DNA from: Amphiscolops sp. MND2022
Lineage: Eukaryota
DNA: 64,000 nt
Direction of reading: 5' to 3'
Assembly: GCA_964187785.1 (NCBI GenBank)
Contig: OZ076409.1
Span: forward strand, 75,952,001-76,016,000
Part shown: piece after piece, positions 9,275-20,016 of the stretch
Layout: every line of letters begins with the position of its first letter
Position numbering within the stretch: the stretch's first letter is position 1
Translations under genes and position numbers: made by a program
The notes under the pieces: generated by a model
Seen by the model: only the letters and a program-made list of their open reading frames with translations
Database searches by the model: none
Told to the model about the DNA's origin: nothing

Positions 9275-12200
9275 ATGCCTCCAAGGAGAAATCGGAGTGT
9301 TAGAAACAAGTGCTCCCGGTGCCGTGTGTTTATCCCTCAGTCTTCGACTTTGTGTGCCAGTTGTGCATCTTCCTCCGCCGAGGTAACTCATGACAACGAA
9401 GACAGCAGCAGTGTTTCTATACCCAACGAAGACAACCCTCGGAACATAGTTTACCCTCCTCGTTGTACATTATGTGGATTACATGAACAGTCACAAGGCC
9501 AACTTTGTTGTTTTTGCTGTCCTGTTACTTTACCCGTTTGTACAGATGCAGAATGTCAAAAGTGCCGAAGAATTACCTGTTCATCACTGAATTCAATTTC
9601 TATGGCAGATGTAAAGCAGACCGCGTTTGGTTGCCGATTACCGGGAGAAGCATCTGATTTTGCAAGACTGTGCAACGAGTGTACTCATTACGCAACACAT
9701 GGCTTCCGATCGCCATGGAGGAATATTTGGCCATGCGTCGTTTTAGATTTCCTCAGTGGTAAATATAATGGAATTGCTGATGGAAAACCATTCCATAAAG
9801 TGTTGCCTACTTCTATTTTGGAACAATATCAACATCTGTTGCAGTTTAACACTGATGAAAAAGAGACTGTTTTTGCTGACCTGACACACAAACTGCTGGA
9901 ATTCAAAAGTTTAAAACAAAACCTCAACATTGATGGAGTGCAGAAAGCCCATAACAAGTACAGTTTTCCAGAAGTTCGCTGTCCTTTTGGTTGTACTGAG
10001 TTCGTTGGCGACACGGGATTAATACCCTTGCAATACTTTCTTCTGACGTTAGACAAAAACTTTGCTTTTAACGGAATGAAGTGGAAAAGGCGATTACGTT
10101 GTGTTCGACCAGATTGGTTGACCCCATACAATCACAATGATGCCTTCAACGTAAGACCACACATTGTTGTCGACGAGAAACAAGGACTGTGTCTTGCAAC
10201 CTGTAAATTCCACAACGGGGGATCGCACCAGTTTTTCGTCCATCCACCTACAAATCCCACTGGCAGATTACCCTCGAAAAATGCAGATCGTCTTGGTCCA
10301 GCTACAGTTAGTTATAACTGCTACAAACCAAGCAAGCCCAATTTTTCCACTCACACCTTTTCAATGGGTGTGGCTAAGGGTAATTTCTCCGGAATTAGTT
10401 CGACCACAATTGCCTGTAAGCGAAGGTGGGATATCGCATTTGGTGAAGATGACGTCGTAAGAGAGTCTCTTTGTTCAAACAAACGACAGGATATAAAACC
10501 GCTGTTACAAAAACTTGTGCACAAAGGAGAGTTATCACAGAATCTCTTTGATAGCATTACATCAATTGAAGGTTTGCCTGACGATCAAACAATTCTGGAA
10601 TGTTTGAAGACTGCTACATCCGTCCCTTTGGAGTTAGCTCTTGCATTAAAGAAAATTCAAGAAGAAGGATTAAATGTAAACTATTTTCCGGTATTCTCCC
10701 ATCCTTTCACAAAATACGGATGTGATCCACCTGACACAGTTGTAAACCAGTCAATGCCGAAATATTTATGGATTTATGCTGTAATGTTTGCTTTGAGTTG
10801 CAACTTCCATTTGTCTCTTTTGAAATTCATTTCAACAGATAGTGCCTTCAAAAATGTGTTCCATTTTATGCTGATTAATGATGGTAGACTGGCTGATAAA
10901 AAGAAACGAGAACTTGCAGAGTTCCTTCAACGTTATTCACAAGATCCTAGTTATGACATGGTTGACAGTTTGGAACAATTGCTAACAAACATATCTTTCG
11001 TCAAACACTTCAATGTAACTGACAGAGAAAGTGTTGAATCAATTTTGAAATCTCTGACCGATGACAAAATTGTAACTTTCATTACCAATGCAAGGAGAAG
11101 AGACGATGGTTACTTGCCGGATAGAGTGGTAACTACGAATGGGTCAACATCATACGAACTACGATCAATTGCTGTCACTGAGGGCGGCAACGTAAAAACA
11201 CTCGTTAGACATGGTAATGAATATAATTGTTGGTGGATATACTCTACAGCTCATGAGACTCCATCAAAAATGGGTCTTGAAGATCTGGTGGAGATGAACA
11301 AATTTCATTCTAGTTGGTTGTCCTGCCATTACGAGATCATTGGTTCAGTTGACATGCAGAGAGAAAAATACCAGTACTTGGAATATTTAGGAGGCCAAGG
11401 ACGATTCATTTGTGACGATCATCATGTCCCTCTTACAGTAGCCAGAAAAAATACTCCGACTCTTTGTTCGTTCAGTACCAGCTGTCAGCGAAAACCCGCT
11501 TGGAATTGCCCGTCGGAGAACTGCTTGTCGTCAGTCTGCCGTACTCATTTCGCACAACACCAGCTTAGCAATGAACGTTTCTTTGTCAAATGCCCCACTT
11601 CAAATTGTGACGTTGTTCCTCCACATTCTGCTGAATGTTGTGATGATGATGTAGTTGTTTCTGAACCCGAATCAGACTACGATGAATTTTCTTTTACAAA
11701 TTTCACAACCGACACTGGTCATGTTGAAAATATGACAAATTGTTGTGCTACTGATTCTGGAGACATGCCGTCAGTCGTTGACAGTGTTGACACATCAATT
11801 CCTGCCCATATTTTGCTAAACACTGATTGTCATGTACTAGAAAGGAAGAACTACAGAATTGACCGTTCCAAAACAAGTTCTCGATTTTTACAAAACATTG
11901 TCGCAAGATCATCTGGTAACTCCATCCCTCTCATTTACCCTGACGCAGCACTCTTCCCTACACATTATTATCATGAACAGACGGACAATACTATTACTGG
12001 CGCTGTTCCGGCTCCTCTCTTTTGTGATAAACAGAGCAAACACTTTCTCTTTGCAAGCATTGAGGATCATAAGCGATCAGCTGTTCTGAACCCAAATCTT
12101 TTGCAATCAACCGACGTTAGAAGTATTCAGACATCTTTCGACACCGTGCTGAATAAACGTCTCACTTTTTCCGATACACGTTTGGTTCTCAATCGAGGAT

Positions 12201-15200
12201 TCCAAGAAGTGACTGTGAAGACTTCCAAATCAATAACTCCAACTAATCCAAAACTTCAATTTGATCATGCTGATTCTAGAGTACGCGTAAATGAATTGGC
12301 CGCATTGTTGTCTAAAGAACCTGCTACATTTTTTCTGACACTCACTTGTAACCAGAAATATCACTTTGGGGTAGCACCAATTTTTGAAGCTATTGAAAAT
12401 CGATTCAACAGAAATAATAAACAAGAGTACGAGAGAGCAGTTCAAGCTGAGATGGTGCTACTAACAAGAGCTTGGTATAGATCAGCTGAAGCTTTAATGG
12501 AATGGATCGAAAAATCTCCCGACCAACCACTTGGAACTGTCACCAAAATTTGGTATCGCTATGAGTTCCAGTCTACCAAAGGGAACTTACCGCACATTCA
12601 TTGCGTCATATGGACAAAAGAAAGCAAAGCTGAATTACAACACAAGGTTTCATGCTCTGGATCATCAGCTTTATTCGAATTGAAAAAAATAGCAGCTGAA
12701 ACAAATGTAATTAATAGTGATCAAGTTTTCGATTTGTGGACTCAACTGATGACAATCCAAACTCACTCCTGCGAAAAGGCAAACTATCGCTGTCACAAAA
12801 TTGTCAAAGACGACGGGTCAACAATATGCAGAGTTCCCCGTTACCCGCATTCAAACCGATATTCCTGGAGAAAAGTCCCATCAAGCCATTCGGAAGAAGC
12901 ATTGCAAGTTCTTCATTACCTTGACTTGGCCACACCCTCGAAGTCTCATGACGATACCTTCGAAGTTTCAGAGAGTCTTCAAGGAGGCAAATTCGAATAC
13001 CCAGCTTCAAGTGACGAGCACCTTTCCCCTTTTAACCCACTTGTTTTCATCATTACGATGTCTTCGCAAAACCTTCAATTGTGTGACGAATACTTATCTG
13101 CAAGGTATATTGCAAAATATGCAGCAGGGATCGAAGAACGAGCTGATGCACGTGTTGATCCGGTTTCCTTCAATGAAATTAGAATTCACACTAAAGGAAT
13201 TAATAATTCGAAAATTTCCAGTTGCCGTATCAAAGAAAAAAGTACAGATAGAAAAACAATTGTTCAGATAATTCCTCTCGTTGAAACTGTTTGGTGGTTA
13301 TTGAGTTTCAAATATGTTCACAGTTCTGTTTCCTTCGTTCATTTATCGACTCTTGAAAAGTCAGAACGAACGTCTTTCATCACACCCAGAAAAAATACAA
13401 ACCCAACCCAGCCGTTACCTTTACATGTTACAAAAAGTTTCACTTTACCACTGTCGCGCCAATTCACCCAATCACAGTTGTTGGTTTTAAAAGATTCTAT
13501 GACAAGTGAGCATTCTAACTGCAAAATGACAGTTTTTAGCGGTAGGCCACCAGCGCTTTTGTGTGTTGATAACCCTCAACTGTATTTCACTTGGTTCAAC
13601 AGAGTTAATATTCGGCATCCCCAGGATACATTGAATCATGATGTTAACAATTCAAAATGGATAGACCTTTTCGGACGTGCTGTACACTTGAGACGTTGCT
13701 ATCTTGATGACTTTTCCACTTATGTCAACAATCTCAGAAGAGAGGGACATATCAACTTGTACCGATTCGATGAAGATACATCGATTTTGTTTCTACAAAA
13801 CGACTGTTTGGGATTGAAAACAATAGACGATTCTCCAGTTCAAGTTGTGACATCAAACATTGTGCCAAATAATCGTCGAAAATTTTTGGTGCACTTTGTT
13901 CTATCTAACGGGAAGTTTGAGACAGAACCAGATCTATTCAATCATCCTAGCATGATGGAGGTTTTCATCAACTGCAAGTTACTGCCATCAAAAAGTTCTT
14001 ATACACAACAAGATGCCTGTGATTTAGTGAAATTTTACGTTTTGTCGGAACTCAAATACCTTCCTGGGGCAAGCAGATCGTTCGATCGTCATTTGTTATG
14101 TTGTTACGACTTGATGACCAATCTTGTTCTTCATAACCAGATTCATTCCGAAGCTTTGCCCTCAACTCTTCATTCAGAAATAACCGAAAACGCTGAAATT
14201 GATTACATCCTCCACAGTAACGAAAAACGAGAGCGAAGTGTTCAAGGTTGCCTCTTAAATCCAGCTTTGATGCCATTGCAACCACACAAAGATTCTTTCG
14301 TCGCAGCCACCCGCAGTAACCCGTTTGTGTACAGTTTTCCGTTTCCTCGAGCTCCCGGACAGTCGGACGAATCAAACACTTTTCAACAACGTGTGTTCAA
14401 CGGGTGCATTCAGAAATTGACTAACTTTATTGAAACAAAAGACGGTTTCGTAAAACATCAATTGTTTTTGGGGCGTCCGGGAAGCGGCAAAACACTCATC
14501 TGCACAATGATATATCTGGAAGCTGTGGCGAAAGGTCTCAATTGTGCAGTAACTTGTCTAAGTGGAGAGCGAGCCCAACAACTCGGTGGCGAACATGTCC
14601 ACAAACTATTCAAGTTCAGAGTAAACAAAATACAGAATCCCGAAATAATGGCTTCCCAGAGTTTGAAAAGTCTTCTCAAGGATGTCACAAGGTTCACTGA
14701 GCTGGAACGCCTTGACGTACTTTTTATTGATGAAGTGGGCCAGCTGAATTCTGAATTGATGATAGCTATGGAAATTGTTCTACAATCTGTACGAGAAAAC
14801 AAACTGCCAATGGGAGGAATCTTCACAATCCTAACAGGAGATCCGAAGCAATTGCGCCCTCCACAAGGATCATTGACATGGTTGTCACCGAAGATGCTGA
14901 CAAATTTTGATTTCCACTACTTTAAACACTATGTTCGAGCAAAGCCTGGATTGTTGCGACAGATACTGACTAAATTAGATGAACTTGATATCAGCCCAAT
15001 CGAAGCATCAAATATTGCAAAGGAAATTGTAGCCAATTGTAATATCCATTCAACTTGGGACAATGTTGGTGACAACTTTGACATGCGTGTTTTCAGCACA
15101 CGAGCCGCTGAAAAACAGGCTGTTACACATCATTTTGAAAAAATTCTGGCTGACCAAAGTTGTGTAAATGTTGTGTTAACTGCTAATGATGAAGTGAGTT

Positions 15201-16258
15201 CTACTGGTGCATCAATTTGGCGTCCGGCAGGTGACATTGAACAAAAAATCATCGATTCCACATCCATCACTCCCCGACAACTGCTCTTGTATAAGAAAGC
15301 GCTTCTCAGATTTACAGCCAACCTCCCCAACATTCAGGCTAGGCAAGGACAATTGTGCCTAATTTTGGAAATACCAACCGAAACAGCATCTTCTCTGGAC
15401 GTTTGGATTGCACCACCAGGTTGCCGGACCGTCACAAATTTCGACGAAAATAACCTCATTACATCTGGTTGGCGCAAAGTCTCTATTTCAAAAGTGTTTA
15501 CACCTATAATGACTAACAACAACAAATTCCTAAGGAGATACTCTTTCCCTCTCAAGAACTATGTGGCATCCACTATTCACAAATGCATTGGTGACACGTT
15601 CCCAAAGATTGTTACCAAAGTTTCACTTACGGACAAACATTACAAAATTTGGGAAAAAGAGCAACTTCTTGTGTTGTTGAGTAGAGTCAGTAAGCTCGAC
15701 GACATAACGTTCGTAGGTGAAGAACACGAAATAGAATTAACTTTAACTGCTGCCATTCAGCAAAAGTCCTGCTGGGGAACTTTCATCAATAACCTTCTGG
15801 AAAAATTGGCCTGTACTCCCTCTGACCTGACGCCGCCAACACTCAACCTCCTTTCTTCAAATATTGTACCTTGGAACATTGTCTTACCCGAAGACAATGT
15901 AGGCTTTGTGTATCTTCTGGTAAGCACGAAGATTCCGAATGTTTATTTCATTGGAGAGGCTCTGGAAATTCGGCGAGAATTGAAAGTTATCAACTCTGGA
16001 AATGGCGCATCCGAAACACGCCCAATCGAACGAAGGCCATGGGCAATCTTAGCATTTGCAACAGGTTTCAACACCGAAGATTCTTCCAGCAACAATACGC
16101 AAAGAAAATCGCTTGTATCGAAGATGAGAACGCAATTTACTTCCCTTGGATTAAACTTCACCACCGTGGAATTGTTTGAAACGTTCAAAGAATCAACGAG
16201 AACATATGCTGACGAACGTGATCTAAATTTGAGAGTTATCCAGTGTGGCAGTGTTTAG
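9275..16258 (+). CDS. Helitron-like Rep-helicase transposase, 2327 aa: Cys-rich Zn-finger N-terminus, HUH-Y2 Rep, Pif1-family SF1B helicase, C-terminal SLX1-like GIY-YIG-type domain
   Basis: Rep motifs FFLTLTCN, YEFQSTKGNLPHIHCVIW and YIAKY. Helicase motifs GRPGSGKT, FIDEVGQL, GDPKQLRP, FPLKNYVASTIHKCIGDT and LLSRV. C-terminal GFVYLLVS...YFIGE...RPWAILAF. Acceptor-like TTTTCAG ends 4 nt before the ATG. Confidence 0.93.
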   Translation: MPPRRNRSVRNKCSRCRVFIPQSSTLCASCASSSAEVTHDNEDSSSVSIPNEDNPRNIVYPPRCTLCGLHEQSQGQLCCFCCPVTLPVCTDAECQKCRRITCSSLNSISMADVKQTAFGCRLPGEASDFARLCNECTHYATHGFRSPWRNIWPCVVLDFLSGKYNGIADGKPFHKVLPTSILEQYQHLLQFNTDEKETVFADLTHKLLEFKSLKQNLNIDGVQKAHNKYSFPEVRCPFGCTEFVGDTGLIPLQYFLLTLDKNFAFNGMKWKRRLRCVRPDWLTPYNHNDAFNVRPHIVVDEKQGLCLATCKFHNGGSHQFFVHPPTNPTGRLPSKNADRLGPATVSYNCYKPSKPNFSTHTFSMGVAKGNFSGISSTTIACKRRWDIAFGEDDVVRESLCSNKRQDIKPLLQKLVHKGELSQNLFDSITSIEGLPDDQTILECLKTATSVPLELALALKKIQEEGLNVNYFPVFSHPFTKYGCDPPDTVVNQSMPKYLWIYAVMFALSCNFHLSLLKFISTDSAFKNVFHFMLINDGRLADKKKRELAEFLQRYSQDPSYDMVDSLEQLLTNISFVKHFNVTDRESVESILKSLTDDKIVTFITNARRRDDGYLPDRVVTTNGSTSYELRSIAVTEGGNVKTLVRHGNEYNCWWIYSTAHETPSKMGLEDLVEMNKFHSSWLSCHYEIIGSVDMQREKYQYLEYLGGQGRFICDDHHVPLTVARKNTPTLCSFSTSCQRKPAWNCPSENCLSSVCRTHFAQHQLSNERFFVKCPTSNCDVVPPHSAECCDDDVVVSEPESDYDEFSFTNFTTDTGHVENMTNCCATDSGDMPSVVDSVDTSIPAHILLNTDCHVLERKNYRIDRSKTSSRFLQNIVARSSGNSIPLIYPDAALFPTHYYHEQTDNTITGAVPAPLFCDKQSKHFLFASIEDHKRSAVLNPNLLQSTDVRSIQTSFDTVLNKRLTFSDTRLVLNRGFQEVTVKTSKSITPTNPKLQFDHADSRVRVNELAALLSKEPATFFLTLTCNQKYHFGVAPIFEAIENRFNRNNKQEYERAVQAEMVLLTRAWYRSAEALMEWIEKSPDQPLGTVTKIWYRYEFQSTKGNLPHIHCVIWTKESKAELQHKVSCSGSSALFELKKIAAETNVINSDQVFDLWTQLMTIQTHSCEKANYRCHKIVKDDGSTICRVPRYPHSNRYSWRKVPSSHSEEALQVLHYLDLATPSKSHDDTFEVSESLQGGKFEYPASSDEHLSPFNPLVFIITMSSQNLQLCDEYLSARYIAKYAAGIEERADARVDPVSFNEIRIHTKGINNSKISSCRIKEKSTDRKTIVQIIPLVETVWWLLSFKYVHSSVSFVHLSTLEKSERTSFITPRKNTNPTQPLPLHVTKSFTLPLSRQFTQSQLLVLKDSMTSEHSNCKMTVFSGRPPALLCVDNPQLYFTWFNRVNIRHPQDTLNHDVNNSKWIDLFGRAVHLRRCYLDDFSTYVNNLRREGHINLYRFDEDTSILFLQNDCLGLKTIDDSPVQVVTSNIVPNNRRKFLVHFVLSNGKFETEPDLFNHPSMMEVFINCKLLPSKSSYTQQDACDLVKFYVLSELKYLPGASRSFDRHLLCCYDLMTNLVLHNQIHSEALPSTLHSEITENAEIDYILHSNEKRERSVQGCLLNPALMPLQPHKDSFVAATRSNPFVYSFPFPRAPGQSDESNTFQQRVFNGCIQKLTNFIETKDGFVKHQLFLGRPGSGKTLICTMIYLEAVAKGLNCAVTCLSGERAQQLGGEHVHKLFKFRVNKIQNPEIMASQSLKSLLKDVTRFTELERLDVLFIDEVGQLNSELMIAMEIVLQSVRENKLPMGGIFTILTGDPKQLRPPQGSLTWLSPKMLTNFDFHYFKHYVRAKPGLLRQILTKLDELDISPIEASNIAKEIVANCNIHSTWDNVGDNFDMRVFSTRAAEKQAVTHHFEKILADQSCVNVVLTANDEVSSTGASIWRPAGDIEQKIIDSTSITPRQLLLYKKALLRFTANLPNIQARQGQLCLILEIPTETASSLDVWIAPPGCRTVTNFDENNLITSGWRKVSISKVFTPIMTNNNKFLRRYSFPLKNYVASTIHKCIGDTFPKIVTKVSLTDKHYKIWEKEQLLVLLSRVSKLDDITFVGEEHEIELTLTAAIQQKSCWGTFINNLLEKLACTPSDLTPPTLNLLSSNIVPWNIVLPEDNVGFVYLLVSTKIPNVYFIGEALEIRRELKVINSGNGASETRPIERRPWAILAFATGFNTEDSSSNNTQRKSLVSKMRTQFTSLGLNFTTVELFETFKESTRTYADERDLNLRVIQCGSV

Positions 16259-16818
16259 TTCATTTGGGTTTACAAATATTACACTGTAGAAGTCTCTGAG
16301 AATGGACGATAGATGAAGCATGTGAGGTTGCCCCGGCCACGCAGTGAGCCGAGGGCAAGCTTTATTCAAACTATAGATGAACATCCTTTTTTGTTGAAAA
16401 GTTCTTTGATTATACTTTGCCTTTGCTCATTTTTTCAACGTTCCTTTGTAAATATATACTGATAAAATTGTCACCCGTTGATAATATTACCAGTTGACAC
16501 TGAAGTTGACACCAGTCAAGAAAAAAAATATTTATCTGACTGGAACAAAAAAAGACAAAAAAAACAAGATGGCAAGATTGTTGAAACAGTTCAATTCTTC
16601 AACTTCGATAATCTTTTCCTTAACATATTTTTACCATCACGTGGAGGGAAATAGAAAAACATTTCTACAGTTAATTAGTTCGAAAGAGAAAAATTAGACA
16701 GTATTTAGACGCAGTAGTGATGTTGTACATCGAAAGAAATGAAAATGTGTCGAGAAACATAACTTTATTGTGTTTTTAGATAGCTTTGTCTTCAATCGAG
16801 ACTGAAACAAGATTCAAA

Positions 16819-18209
16819 ATGCCCATCATTAATAAAGATTTGTCGGCAGATGAGGCAGCCACCAGAACAATCAGTAAATTAACAACGTGTGAACTCGATG
16901 AAGTGATGGAATCTAATGCAACGGATCGGAAGTACATGATTTGTACATTGCTTTACGCCAAAAAATGTGTGAAATCAGTATCGTATTTTAAACTAACGAA
17001 TGGACAAAAGCAAAAACAGGAGGCTACATTTAACCGTTTTGTCCTTCTGGGAGTGATCGGAAAAGAGAAAGTAATGGCAATATTTACCTACACCCAACTA
17101 GAAAGCGCGGAGTTGTTGCGTTACTGTTCTGCATTACAACCAGGAAATGCGTGCGCCTTAATACGCCCTAAATTCGATAACAAGTATATGGGATCATCAT
17201 CCACTACCCCAATCATACTAACTTCTGAGCCACTTGTGCCTCTGAACATCAAGAATTACCCTGATGTCAGCTGTCCAAGAATTGTATCATCACCGGACTT
17301 TCAACATTTCTACATGAAAACGAAAGATTTGAAGCTCGATAATATAGATGCCATTGGAAACGTGTGCAATGGGACCTTCTGCGATGGTCAACCGAAGGGC
17401 GACTGTCCTTGTTTAGAGGTCGACAACCGGAAAAGCAGCTGGATCATTACTGCGGATGTGAAATGCAGTGGGTTGTATCACTCATCAAAAATACGATCAA
17501 AACGATTGATAACGGTATTCGCTCCCAAATGTAAGTCGGCGGACCCTAACAAAAGAGAATTTGATGTCCTTGATTTGGGCGATTGTATTGAAAACTGTGT
17601 TGAAGCAGTAAATGCCAAGAATGGATGGGAAATTTTCGGTTGGGTGAAACCAAACGAATCTGCTCTAGAGTTTACAAACTATGAATGCGACCTACACATT
17701 ATACATCTTCAACCTATCGAAATTACAGATGTAGAGTCAGGTAAACCTAAAATTCAAATATTTATTTTTCCAGTTTTTACTTTCTTTTTTCGCTAAAGTT
17801 CTAATTAATTTTCGACCAAAATATGTCTAGCAGAATCAAAATATACATTTTAACAGAATCTCAAACACAACGTTTAGTGTTATTAACAATTGTTTTCGCA
17901 AAAGACATGAACATTAATTTCACCTTGAACTATTATTTTACAACTTGAGACTAAAACTTACAGTCTTTCTTTTTTTCCCAACGTTATTTTTAAGATGACC
18001 GATAATTGACAAATGATAAATATACTTCAGATGCATACAAAGCCTTGCAGTATAAGTTGCCCGAAACATCTGCCCCAGAAGTCGAAATGCCCGTCATAGC
18101 AACTTCATCAGGAACAGCTTCGGTTCCAGCAACAGCTCCAGCAACAGCTCCAGAAACAGCTCCAGCAACAGCTCCACCAGATGAACAAGCAGCTTCGGTT
18201 GAAAGATGA
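16819..18209 (+). CDS. Partner gene of element 1, uncharacterised Cys-rich protein; exons ~16819-17740 and 18031-18209
   Basis: Homologous to 37704-38767 (TFNRFVLLG, CNGTFCDGQ..CPC, GWVKP). A phase-1 GT..AG intron at 17741-18030 joins the two ORFs in frame. Low-complexity PATA tail. Confidence 0.8.
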
Positions 18210-18742
18210 AAATCGCATTATCAACTACGAAAAATGCAGAAATCAAGAGAAGTGACAATGAGCAAAAAACATTGATAGATTTAAAAATCTCGAAACATTT
18301 TGATTCAATAATGTTATAATGTGATCATAAAAAGATTGCAGAAAAAATAATCTTGAAACCGGTAAAAGATTATAAATATCGTATTGTTATGTTCCTTTAG
18401 TTCATATTCTTGAAATAATGTTAATTTGTTATTTTCAAGAAATAAAAATTCACTTTTTCGTTCCCACAAGAAACTTGAATAGAGTGTTCATAGAAAAAAT
18501 ACGTATGTTCATAGACTAGTCAATATTTTCAATACAAATATCTGAACTAGTCAAAATACTAATCTTTTCTTTGCTTTCACTCTGGTATGACATTTGCTAA
18601 ACGTTTGGTCCTTACAACATACACATGACTAACGTCAACGCCACATACTGTTACCAACGCCCACCGTCCGTAGGCATGCCGAGGCATGCCTTTCGACGAC
18701 GTATGCCAAATACCATAAAACCGACGCGCACTCTCCCGCTAG

Positions 18743-20016
18743 GTGCCGGGATTTCCATTCGATAAGGAATTCTGCGCGTGTGGGTAGGGCCCCTGGCGCG
18801 CTCCTGTGTTTTCGGTTTTCCTACTCCTAAATAGGCCCCCTGAATTCCGGGATCTCGTAAACTAGCCATACGATTTGGCTGAAATTTGGCACACGTACCC
18901 CCCTCGGCACGGTGAAGATGATTCCCTACTGACGTTTTGCCCGCTAAACATTTTTTGTTGACCAAAATAACGGTTTTTGGTGGAAAATTTTTGATTTTTT
19001 TTAAATTTCATCTTATATCTCGCCACGGGTTTACGCTAGCGCTTCAAAACCTTGCTGACGAAAGTTTGCAAACTGTCTCAGGAATGCGGTGTGAAATTTT
19101 CAGCTCAATCGGACATAAACTCGAGGAGATATCGCGTTTTTCCGGAGCGGGGGGGTTTCATTTTTCTAACGGTCCAGCTTATCTTTGCCATTTTTTCGAA
19201 AATGCACTCGCCTAAAGGCCTCCCCTGGCCGGTTTTACTCCCAAAAAAACCATTTGGCCCTAAATACGGAGTTTCAGCGTTCTAGCATTCTCGGGCGAAA
19301 AGTTGTGGGACTTAGAAAATTTCAAAAATTTTCAAAAAAATTTTTTTTTGTTATTTGGGCCCCCAAAGTGGGGGAAAGGACCCCCCAACCATTAATTTGA
19401 GTGAAAGCATGTGCAAAGCCCTTGTATAGAGGAGAAAAATGCCGTTTAGAACATCTTTTTATCTTTACTCAACGTTGACTTATGACGTTTTGAAGGTGAC
19501 CGTTAGATATGGAAAATTGATGTTTTGAGTATTTATCTCATCTGAAAGCCATTGAGATACAACATGTTTTGCTCAAAACGGGTTTCATTGCAGTTTCGCT
19601 GTCTATTAACACCCTTTGGTGACTTTTGACATGTTTTTGCTTTTATATAAAACCAATTTTTTGTGCATTTTTTCTTTTTTTTCATCTAATATCTTGAAAC
19701 AGTTGAGTACATTCCATCTCCCTTCCCGGGGGAGATGAGAATGTACTCGCTAAAAGCCAAGAACTACGGCCAATACCTTCCCGAGCTACGCACTACAATT
19801 ATTGCATATGCATGCAGACCTTTTGATACATTTTTATCTTTGTAGATTGACTGGAAAAACCGAAAACTCTGTCCTGATTATACAAAGTTTCCTCACAACG
19901 ACACATGTTTACGTCAACGCCCCATAGTTCTTATCAACGCCCCCCGTCCGTGGGCATGCCGTGGCATGCCCTTCGACGACGTGCACCAAAATATATTCGA
20001 GCGCGGTAGCCGCTAG
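18743..20016 (+). mobile_element. Non-autonomous unit 7, family A, 1274 bp
   Basis: Bounded by junctions. Terminal hairpin has loop variant GT. Confidence 0.8.

Larger units (their letters stand above)
6693..18742 (+). mobile_element. Putatively autonomous Helitron-like element 1 (12,050 bp)
   Basis: Same termini as the short units. First ~750 bp is similar to unit 20017-21280. Contains an intact 2327-aa Rep-helicase ORF and a partner gene. Confidence 0.88.

Noticed and set aside
9829..16188. Overlapping antisense and alternate-frame ORFs inside the Rep-helicase gene (likewise inside element 2 and the LINE)
   Set aside because: These are shadow ORFs of long coding regions with no motifs.
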